A DNA stretch of 64,000 nt from Octopus sinensis (Eukaryota). The stretch lies in contig NC_043007.1 in the NCBI RefSeq assembly GCF_006345805.1, positions 20,832,001-20,896,000 on the forward strand, read 5' to 3'. Positions 1-9,866 of the stretch are shown here, piece by piece; positions within the stretch are counted from its first letter, which is position 1, and each line of letters begins with the position of its first letter. Position numbers and translations under genes: made by a program. The notes beneath the pieces were generated by a model. That model did no database searches, was not told the origin of the DNA, and worked only from the letters and a program-made list of their open reading frames with translations.

Positions 1-688
1 AAGATCGTATCATATCTTTCAATAATGTACAGCTAATCTGACCAACTAAGGTCTCATCAAAAACTTTTAAAGCTTCAATAAATACTGGGTACAGGCATTG
101 GACAATTTCTCCTACGATTGGAAATTCAAAATTTACGGCGGAGGCTTTCCTTAAAATTCTTTTTAAGGTTTCGATAACAATCCGAACATCAACAAACGAA
201 CATGTAATTTGATATTTACCAAAAGCAGTCGGGTTTTCGTGGATATAATGCAAAATGGACGTCTTAAACATATGAATGATGTTATTTTGGATTGAATGGG
301 GGCACAAGTCTAGACATAGAATAAAAACATCACAGAGCGGTGCCAGCTGTTCGTAAGGTATACTAAAACCGAGAGGTAAATTATGTTGGAATTGTAAAAG
401 TTTTGAATAGAATTCAGTGACGATTTCACCTATAATAGGTTTAATCGCATCACTTGATACAACACATCCAATGTTGTTGTCTTGATATGTTTTAATTATC
501 CGATCGAGCGAAGGTGTGGTTTGAACCAGCTGCTCCATACTGGTGCTCGAAGATACACGTTTCGATATCCGAGTTAAGAGCTGTACAATGATATCTGTAA
601 CAAGAGAATGGTCGATAGCATCACCGGAATCGTTCACAATATTTAGAGTCACTTGAAAAAGGTTTATTTCTGAATTCAGAATATCCAT
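1..688 (-). CDS. First coding exon of an unidentified, probably alpha-helical (ARM/HEAT-like) protein; partial, runs off the left edge
   Basis: gccATGG start at 688. Hand translation gives 229 codons with no stop down to base 1 (MDILNSEINLFQVTLNIVNDSGDAIDHSLVTDIIVQLLTRISKRV...EALKVFDETLVGQISCTLLKDMIRS). It is missing from the ORF track because the stop lies outside the window. No family recognised. Confidence 0.75.
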   Translation of the reverse strand, partial: MDILNSEINLFQVTLNIVNDSGDAIDHSLVTDIIVQLLTRISKRVSSSTSMEQLVQTTPSLDRIIKTYQDNNIGCVVSSDAIKPIIGEIVTEFYSKLLQFQHNLPLGFSIPYEQLAPLCDVFILCLDLCPHSIQNNIIHMFKTSILHYIHENPTAFGKYQITCSFVDVRIVIETLKRILRKASAVNFEFPIVGEIVQCLYPVFIEALKVFDETLVGQISCTLLKDMIRS

Positions 689-1031
689 GGCTTTAATTTT
701 TATCAAATATTCGCAACACAAAATATATTGTAAACACGCCTATATTTTCTGAAAATAAATATATAAATGAAAACTAGTAATTAGTTTTCATACTTTATAA
801 TCATGACGACAGTAAATTCTTTTCATTCAGCAGAAGCTTGGTTAGGGTAAAAACAAATTAGAATTCGCAACACGTGTGATCGTGAAGAAGGAGTTCCTTG
901 AATGTGACACACGTTGCTAACCATGTGGTGGAACTCTTCAGCGTGAAGACCAGAATTAAACAGACTTCCGTCTTTCTAGCAACAACAACACTAATTGGTT
1001 TAAGTTGTTTTGTAATTGACGCAAGGTCCGC

Positions 1032-1152
1032 ATTGACACTGTTGATTAGTAGCCTAGTTTTACTTTAAGCAGACGACTAATGGCAGGGAATTGACACTGC
1101 TGGTTAGTAAGCCTCGCCTAGTTTTACTTTAAGCAGACGACTAATGGCAGGG
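1032..1152. repeat. About 60-bp tandem duplication
   Basis: attgacactg...tagttttactttaagcagacgactaatggcaggga occurs twice. Confidence 0.85.
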
Positions 1153-4100
1153 AGGTAACTGCCATTAAATACATTGACTATAAGAAGTAATGTACATCGA
1201 TATAAAGGTGTCGATAGGAAAAAGGAAACTAGACTTAAAACCAAAAGGGCCGATCTTACAGTACAAGTACCATAACTGCCAATTAGAAACCCGCGTGGGT
1301 TTGTTTACATTTCTGAAGAAAAAAGAAACCCTTTTCTCCTACACCTAACCCTAATCCGAACCCGAACCCCCCATATATAAAAAAATTCACGGAGGGTGAC
1401 GATCTTCTTCAAACGTAAACAAACACACGTGGCAGTTATGGTACTTGTACCGAAAGATGGCCAGAACATCAGAGATTGTTGAAAGATCTGTAGATCGAAA
1501 TAAACACTTGATAATTTTTTTTTTATATTTATGCTTTGAGTTCGTTTTCCCTTGTATTTTATTTGTCGTGTGTGGCTCGTAAGCAAGCTACTTACCACAC
1601 AGCCACTCCTACGCCTAATTTTATAAATATTTTTAATAATTTCTGAATCCCTATACAAAAATCATATCTAATTTTGACTCTGCCATTGAGTTCTATCTAC
1701 ACATTGGATGTACACCCAATCACTGCATATACATGCAATAGGAAGCCTTGTCAAGACTTAACTAAGCTTTCCATTCTCTCAGAGTGGATCTCAGCTCATT
1801 TCCTTATTGTCCTGCTTGTCAACTTACTTAATCTATGCTGAAGACAGGAAACCTCGTTCTGATGTCTTTTTTTTTTTACCTGTATCATTAAATCACCAGC
1901 TTAACTTCACCATATAATTTGGCACAGAGTCCATTCAATTTCAATTAACCTAGTTTTCTGATAAACCAGTAGAACAGTTTGTTCCTGGGATTTACCCCTC
2001 AGCTAAGTTAAAACAAGGATGTCCTTCACATGCTTAAAATCCCCATCCACAAACGTAACATATAATTAAAAATAATTATCTTTTTTTCAATTATACCTTA
2101 GTCTAACTAATATACCCATTATACCTTAAACTGGATAAAAAAAAACTTTTGCTGCTCTTCATTGAAAGGTACTTAAAGTTTTTTCCATACTTTATATTTA
2201 CAACTTCAAAAAATCCCAGGCACAGGGTGGGTGTGTGGTAAGTAGCTTGCTTCCGAACTACTTAGTTCCGGGTTCAGTCCCACTGTGTGGCACCTTGAGC
2301 AAATGTCTTCTATTATTGCCTTGGGCCGACCAAAGCCTTGTGAGTGGATTTGTTAGATGGAAACTGAAAGAAGCCCGTCATATAGATCATCATCATCATC
2401 ATCGTCGTCGTTTAACGTCCACTTTCCATGCTAGCATGGGTTGGACGATTTGACTGAGATCTGGTGAACCAGATGGCTGTACCAGACTCCAATCTGATCT
2501 GGCAGAGTTTCTACAGCTGGATGACCTTCCGAACGCTAACCACTCCGAGAGTGTTGTTTATATATATGTGTGTGTGTTTGTCCCCATAACCTAGCAGTTC
2601 AGGAAAAGAGACCAATAGAATAAGTACTAGGTTTACAAAGAATAGGTTCTGGGGTCGATTTGTTCAACTAAAGGCGATGCTCCAGCATGGCCACAGTCAA
2701 ATGACTGAAACAAGTAAAAAAATACATAGTATGAATCATTATCCTCTTCATCATTTTAACATTCACTTTTCCATGGTTGCCATGGATTGGACGGAGTTTA
2801 TTGAGTGCATTGGGGGAGATATTCTATGGACAGATGCCCTTCCTGTCATCAATCCTCACCTGTTTCCAAGCAAGGTAATGTTTCCCCGTGTCTTGATACA
2901 TTCTTATAGAATACTAGCAGTATCGCCCGGCGTTGCTCAGGCTTGTTTTGACCCTTTAGAATTGGAATTTTTGAAAAGTAAAAATTTTTGCATTATGTAG
3001 CTTGTTATTCTCTTTAAGTGAACATTTTTCTGGTTGAAATACACTGAAAAATGGCGACACAGCAGTAAAAAAAATCGTAAAAAATAGGGATTTTCATAGA
3101 AAAAAAGCACCTTTTTGATGTAAATAATTTTTGGTGTTAACATGGTCCGATTTGAATTTTTTTCTTCTGTGGAATGAAGAGCAAGCCTTCTTCTATCATA
3201 CTCTCAATTTTGGTCAACTTGCACCACAGGGTCTTGGAGGAGATAGTGTTAGTTGAAGGCTACCAAACCTGCCATACACAGACAACTTCAGCTTTATATA
3301 TATTGATTGGAAATGAATGACACTGCTTTCAAGATAGTGACAATCATTTACAACCGTCACGCGATGTCAAGACACAAACGCATACACACACACACATGCA
3401 CGCAAACGTGTGTGTGTGCGTGCATGCATACATATATACATACATGTTTTCCATGCTGGCATGGGTTGGATGGTTTGACAGGAGTTGACCAGCTGGAGAA
3501 CTGCTCCATTTGTCTATTTTTGTAGGGTCTCTACAATTGGATGCCCTTCCTAACGCTAACCACTTTACAGAGCATATCGGGTGCTTTTGCATGGCCACTT
3601 TTTTTGTGGCACCACAATGGATACTTTTACATGGTAGTGTTAAGGGCGCTTTCACATGGCACCAACAGTGCTTTTAAGTGGCACCGGAATTGGTGCTTTG
3701 ATGTGGCACCAACATGGGCATGTTTACATGTCACCAATGCCCACAAGCCCACAAGACTGGGACCTCTCAGTTGAAGAAGGGATGTAGAGGACATGTCTGT
3801 ATGTATGGACAGCCATGATTTTACTTAGATTGATGTGTCTTCTCTAGCGCAGCAAACCACAAGATCCTCCAACACAACCAAACCACCAAACACACACTGT
3901 CATAATCAACAGAGTACCAATTTCCAAATTCTTCTATTTCTGGTTGGCTGTTTTGAATACATTTTAAAGCTCCAACCTCCAATTTTCTAAAGGAGAAAGA
4001 GAGCCAAGAAGAAAGAAAACAGCTGTTCTTATCGAATTTCAGATTTTGGAGTGTTTTGCAAGGTCCAGCAACAATGTTGTAAAAAGGTTTTAGCAATAGT

Positions 4101-5006
4101 TTGAGATCATCTTTAACATATAACAATCAAATTCATATGGAATTATTATAGATGGAATTTCAAAAATATATATATACAGGAACATTCAGCATGGCACAGA
4201 ATGTGACACAGCCAGTCCTTTAAAATACAGGTACAACTCATTTTTGCCAGCTGAGTGGACTGGGTCAATGTGAAAAAGTGTCTTGCTCAATGAAACAATG
4301 CTTCACTGAGAATACACACACACATAATAAACATATGTGTGTTTGTTTGCATAATAATCTACTTTAATATTGTATTCTTTATTCAAACATTTCAACATAT
4401 TCAAGCATTAAAAAGAGTAGAAGGAATATTGTTTAATTAATTCAATCAATTCATCTTCTTTTGATTAAAAATTTATTACATAAAAAAAAGATCAATTCAT
4501 TAAGTTACAATTTTTTTTCTCAACATTATTTTTCCACATTTTACAGACAACGACAATGTCACATCATTGTCCTTTATTATGTATTGTTATCTAAACTTGC
4601 ATTAATTCTAGACCATTGTTTCTGAATCTGAGATCCTGAGCTGGAATTTTACTGTTCTTTAGGTTTTTTGGGAGCCCAGATGACCTCATCTTCAATAATG
4701 GGTTCCCTTGTACCTTGAAGCTGTTTTGCCATCCGGTCAGCTACTGTGAGAGTATCAGATGACCAGGGGTGATTTAGAGTCTCCATGAAGTATTCCACCC
4801 AGCTTGCATTGTCCTCCTTCTATCAGCAAAATCTACCCATTCTTATCTTTTTGAATATAACATATTCTACATATCAGACAAAAAACCATGCAAGTTAGAA
4901 CTCGGTCTTTTTTCTCTTGACTTGAAGGTTCTGATTCCTCAGAAGTGTAAACAACTTCAGGTTTTTTTATAAGTCAACCAGGTTTGCAGCAGTATTTGTT
5001 TTATTT

Positions 5007-6647
5007 TTACCTGGTTACTTTTAAAATTGCATTTTTTTTCTTTGTGGTCCTTATTTTCATTGCTGTTTTAGTATCCCTTGTGGTCCTTATTTTCATTGCT
5101 GTTTTAGTATCCCGTTTAGTTCTCGGCTTTTGTTTCCCTTTCGGAAGGTCATTTTTTCTTGACTTTATTGCTTTTTGCTTGGTTTTCAAGAGATTGTATA
5201 ACTTTTTCTGAGTTACCAATGAATCTTTCTTGGCTTGGTTATATTCTAATTTCAGCTGGTTGCTTTCTTCTTTCTTTAAATGCAGTTTTAGCAGCTTCCA
5301 GCAATGATACACAACATCATCACACGGAAGACTGAACTCAAAGTTTCTTCTGTACAAGATTTGTTCATCAGGACTAAGTGTTGTCTCTATTGCCTCAAGT
5401 GCTAAAAGCACTTTCGATTTCGTTGGTGAATGTCGAGGTGTGATGACCTCAGAGTTACTTTGACCATTCAAAGATGAAGTTCCACTGCTTTGCAAAATTG
5501 ATGTAATCACAGAAGAAGAAAGAGGTTGTGGTGATGGCGACATTGATTCTTTGGAAGTGGATGCATTTTTTAATTCAAACGGATTAAAAGATGAAGCTTC
5601 CTCAAGTTCAGTCTCATTACTTATATTAGATACATTTAATACCAGAGAAGATGCTACCGGTTGAGAAGTTAATCTATGGTGCGTATCAGATAATGAAATT
5701 GAAGAAACATCTAAATCAGTGATAGATGTTGGTGAAATGTCGGTAGCCTCATGGTCAATATGTTGATTTAAGGGCCAGATACCCGCAAGTGCAAAGTTAC
5801 TTACAACGGATAATTCATTTAAAGCATTTATATGAGCTTTCTTGAAAACTCTAGCAAAAGTTATTTTATCAACAGAAACACCGTTAGTTCGGATCCATTC
5901 TTCACATGCTTGGAGCCACTTGGCTTTCAATGGTTCTGCATATATATTGGTCAATGGTTGTAGAATTTGATTGCAACGCGATGGCAAACAAAAAAGAATA
6001 ACATTGTTTACTTTGCACAAAGTGCTACAACAAATATCTTTATGCGATTTATGATCATCCAACAATAATACAACGTTGCCCCGATTTTCAAGGGTCGGGA
6101 GAGACGGAATGAAACAATCTTTCAGCCACGAGTAAAAGGTGTTTTGTGTCATCCCTCCACAATCTGAATGAATAGCTTTTGTACCAGCCGGGAGATCAAT
6201 CGTTATAGAAACACTGAAAGTCTTAGCAGGGTACACAACAAACGGCAAAAGGGTTCTTCCGTCAGCACATACAGCCATCAGTACAGTTATTTGTGAATAG
6301 CCTGGAGAAGTTAAACGATAGTCGTCTTTCATTAAGACGTCCGTTGCAAGTTTCCCAGTTTTTGAATGCAATGGAAAGCTAATCTCATCACAATAATAGA
6401 TTTGTTCTGACTGTGTAATGTCTTCTTCCAAAAGCATTTCTTGGAAGCGTTTCAACCAGTCACGCGTATGATTTTCTTTTGCGGTCATTGGTTTTTTATT
6501 GCCCTTCAATTTGTTGACCGAACCTATATTTAGATCTTGGTGTCTCGACATAAATCCATACAACCACGACTTTCCTGGTAAATTATCCATGAACATATCG
6601 ACTTTCCATTCACATTGATCCAGATATTGTTTGACACATTGACGGAT
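5007..6647 (-). CDS. pogo/Fot1-type transposase-derived gene, coding exon 3 (rest of HTH-CENPB, DDE_1 domain, S/T-rich linker, basic tail)
   Basis: Acceptor tttttctataatag|ATC extends the 529-aa ORF by IRQCVKQYLDQCEWKVD. Motifs PGKSWLYGFMSRH, YYCDEISF, VLLLDDHKSH and LQPLT...EPLK. The joined CDS is 1911 nt (636 aa). Confidence 0.9.
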   Translation of the reverse strand: MRQCVKQYLDQCEWKVDMFMDNLPGKSWLYGFMSRHQDLNIGSVNKLKGNKKPMTAKENHTRDWLKRFQEMLLEEDITQSEQIYYCDEISFPLHSKTGKLATDVLMKDDYRLTSPGYSQITVLMAVCADGRTLLPFVVYPAKTFSVSITIDLPAGTKAIHSDCGGMTQNTFYSWLKDCFIPSLPTLENRGNVVLLLDDHKSHKDICCSTLCKVNNVILFCLPSRCNQILQPLTNIYAEPLKAKWLQACEEWIRTNGVSVDKITFARVFKKAHINALNELSVVSNFALAGIWPLNQHIDHEATDISPTSITDLDVSSISLSDTHHRLTSQPVASSLVLNVSNISNETELEEASSFNPFELKNASTSKESMSPSPQPLSSSVITSILQSSGTSSLNGQSNSEVITPRHSPTKSKVLLALEAIETTLSPDEQILYRRNFEFSLPCDDVVYHCWKLLKLHLKKEESNQLKLEYNQAKKDSLVTQKKLYNLLKTKQKAIKSRKNDLPKGKQKPRTKRDTKTAMKIRTTRDTKTAMKIRTTKKKNAILKVTR

Positions 6648-7363
6648 CTATTATAGAAAAAGAAACAAATTTCAATTATTTTTCTATTTTCAATCAAGTA
6701 AAAATTAACCATTCTTAACAAATGTTATCTTTAAAAAAAAATTTAATTTTCTATAAAATAAGTATTGGACTTAAAAAACAAGTATTGAAGTCAATTTGTT
6801 TGATTAGATCCTTCAAGGCAGTGCCCCAGCTTGGCCGCAGTCCAATGATTGAAATAAGTAAAAGATAAAATATCATGAATAAATTTAAGATAAAGTGCAG
6901 GCATGGCTGTGTGGTTAAGCAGCTCATTTTGCAACCGCACAGTTTCAGGTTCAATACTACTGTGCAACACCTTGGGTAAGTGTCTTCAACTATAGCCCCA
7001 GGTCAACCAACGCCTTGTCAGTGAACCTGGGAGATAAGAACTGTGTGGAAGCCAATAATATACATACACGTACACACACACACACACACACACACACATA
7101 AACACACGCACATGGGGGAGTATCTTTATGTTTGTTTACCCACCACTCGACAACTGGTGTTGGTTTGTTTATGTCTCCATAGCTTAGCTAAAGACTGTCA
7201 GAATAAGTATCAAAAATAAAGAAAAAAACAAATACTGAAATCAATTTGTTTGATTAAAGCCTTTAAGGCAGTGCCCCAGCTTGGCAGCAGTCCAATGATT
7301 GAAATAAGTAAAAGATAAAAGATAAAATATCATGAATTAATTTAAGATAAATAGAAAACATAC

Positions 7364-7485
7364 CGCTTCCCCCGTTAACTTGAATCCACATTTTGACATA
7401 TCTTTGATCCAACACTTCAAACATTTCTCTTCGTCTTTTGTTAGTACAGGTTTTGGGCCTCTGACAGGCAAAGCTGATCTTTTTC
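7364..7485 (-). CDS. pogo/Fot1-type transposase-derived gene, coding exon 2 (start of HTH-CENPB/Tc5 domain)
   Basis: Acceptor tctctttag|GA and donor GCG|GTATGT. The 122 nt read (G)KRSALPVRGPKPVLTKDEEKCLKCWIKDMSKCGFKLTGEA. Phases 1 and 0 match the flanking exons. Confidence 0.85.
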
Positions 7486-8315
7486 CTAAAGAGAACATAA
7501 ATGTTGTCAGGGAAGAAATGCAAAAAAGATCTAAGAATTAAATTAAATTAAATTTGTTTGGGTTATTTCGTGACTAAGTGCAGGTGAGGATATGTGGTAG
7601 AAAGTAAAGAAATATTTTAATCAACCCAGCGGGAATCTTAAACATTTCATTATTTTGAATGCAAAATAAAGGTGGCGAGCTGGCAGAAACGTTAGCACGC
7701 CGGGCGAAATGCTTAGCAGTATTTAGTCTGCCACTACGTTCTGAGTTCAAATTCCGCCAAGGTCGACTTTGCCTTTCATCCTTTCGGGGTCGATTAAATA
7801 AGTACCAGTTACGCACTGGGGTCGATGTAATCGACTTAATCCGTTTGTCCTCTCTGTGTTTAGGTCCTTGTGGGTATTAAAGAAATAAGTATTTCGTCTG
7901 CTTTTACGTTCTGAGTTCAAATTCTGCCAAGGTCGACTTTGCCTTTCATTCTTTTCAGGGTAGGGTGGGGGTGGGGGGTTTAATAAAATAAGGACCAAGT
8001 TGAGTACTGCGGTTGATGTAATCCCTCCTCAAAAATTCCTGGCCTTGTGCCAAAATTTGAAACTGTGTTAAATTGGATCGACAAGTGGTGGTGAGCTGGC
8101 AGAATTGTTAGCATGTCGGACAAAATGCTTAGCAGCATCTCATCCGTCTTTACATACTGAGTTCAAATTCTGCCGAGGTCAACTTCACTTTTCGTCCTTT
8201 TGGGTTGATTGAGCACTGGGGTTGATGTAATAATAATAATAATAATAATAATAATGAAATTATTGTGTATAGTGCTCAGGTGCATTACAACGCATCAAAG
8301 GTGCATGTACAGTAC

Positions 8316-8690
8316 TTACTTGTACTTGTGACGGCGTTCACCCAGGGCGGGTTGAGCCAGCTTCTTCTCTGTTCCTAACGGCATCACGAACCATGGCTGC
8401 CCACGCTCGACGGTCCTGTGCAAGGTCACTGGAGATAGCAAGCCATTCACGGTTCCATCTGCGCAGGCCGACCACCTGCAGACCTGAGAGCTCAGAGAGG
8501 TCCTCCTTTATCGTCGTTGCCCAGGTCTTCAGCTGTTCACCCTTGCATTTGCGCCAGCTGGGAAGTGGAGGTGGGAGGAGATCATCGCGAATCAGCTCAC
8601 CCTCTGGACACCGGGCCGCATGACCGAACCACCTTAAGTGCCGTTGTAGAAGCACCGAAGGGAGAGGCCGGAGATTCAGGTGACGGCTTG
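8316..8690 (-). mobile_element. RTE-clade LINE 3' fragment inserted into a CR1 3' end
   Basis: LRWFGHAARCPEGELIRD...KTWATTIKEDL...AQDRRAWAAMVRDAV followed by a caagtacaagtaagta tail. tgtacagtac is present on both flanks (8306-8315 and 8689-8698). Confidence 0.85.
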
Positions 8691-8944
8691 TACAGTACAT
8701 AGGATTATGTAGAAAAGTCAGGAAAGTGAACAGTGTATGAGTCATGATATACATGTGTGCATGTGTATGGAGGGAACGGGTATCAGGTGTAGTGTTGGCA
8801 AATTTCAGGAATCATGAAGGTTTTAAAGAATTCAATAAACTTACTGCCTCCTCAAAACTTTCTGGCTTTGGACCAAAATTTGAAACTTACTATGAATGCA
8901 TCATGACAAAAAAAACAAATAGTTGGGGGATACAAAAAGTCATT

Positions 8945-9215
8945 TGAACAATAAAATAATATTTACATTATTTACCTTTGATGGATATTTGTCCTCATCT
9001 TGTTTGCTGTTAACACAACATTTCGGCTGATATACCCTCCAACCTTCTTCAGGTGTCTTGGGGGGGCTCTTAACCACTACGCCATATGCCCAGGTTCGAA
9101 ATTTCCCCAAGACATCTCTAACGAAGGCTGGAGGGTATATCAGCCGAAGCATTGTGTTAACAACAAACAAGATGAGGACAAATATCCATCATATGTAAAT
9201 AATGTACATAATTCT
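8945..9215. mobile_element. Inverted pair of Penelope pLTR-like repeats, second hammerhead-bearing family
   Basis: The minus copy (about 8945-9063) and plus copy (about 9075-9215) share cccaagacac-CTGANGA-aggctg...cagcc-GAAA-ygttgtgttaacaacaaacaagatgaggacaaatatcc. A third copy lies at about 56095-56210. Confidence 0.65.
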
Positions 9216-9718
9216 TCATCTCTTAAATATAGAATACTAAAATAATGTCGTAAATTTTAAAAATGCATCTTATATAGGTGCAGGAGTGGCTGTGTGGTAA
9301 GTAGCTTGCTAACCAACCAGATGGTTCCTGGTTCAGTCCCACTGCGTGGCGTCTTGGGCAAGTGTCTTCTGCAATAGCCCCAGGCCGACCAATGCCTTGT
9401 GAGTGGATTTGGTAGACGGAAACTGAAAGAAGCCTGTCGTATATATGTGTGTGTGTGTGTTTGTGTGTCTGTGATTGTGTGTCTGTGTTTGTCCCCCTAG
9501 CATTGCTTGACAACCGATGCTGGTGTGTTTATGTCCCTGTCACTTAGCAGTTCGGCAAAAGAGACCGATAGAATAAGTACTGGGTTTACAAAGAATAAGT
9601 CCCGGGGTTGATTTGCTCGACTAAAGGCGGTGCTCCAGCATGGCCGCAGTCAAATGACTGAAACTAGTAAAACAGTAAAGGAGAGTAATATATTGACAAG
9701 AAGTGAAACATCACCTAC

Positions 9719-9866
9719 CTGAAAGTCTATCGGCTAATGTTGATTTCGGTATGTTATAATGCAAGGATGCCTTCCTTAAAGTCATTCCAGCTTTGACTGC
9801 TGTTATAGCTGCTTTTATGGTCTCGTCAGTGTAGGATAACTTGCGTGTGATCCGACGTCCAGGCAT
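9719..9866 (-). CDS. pogo/Fot1-type transposase-derived gene, coding exon 1 (HTH-psq domain)
   Basis: ATG at 9866 with an in-frame TGA upstream. Encodes MPGRRITRKLSYTDETIKAAITAVKAGMTLRKASLHYNIPKSTLADRLS-G, a typical psq HTH, and ends at a phase-1 donor CAG|GTAGGT. An acceptor (ttttaattag) near 9900 implies a further 5'UTR exon. Confidence 0.85.
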
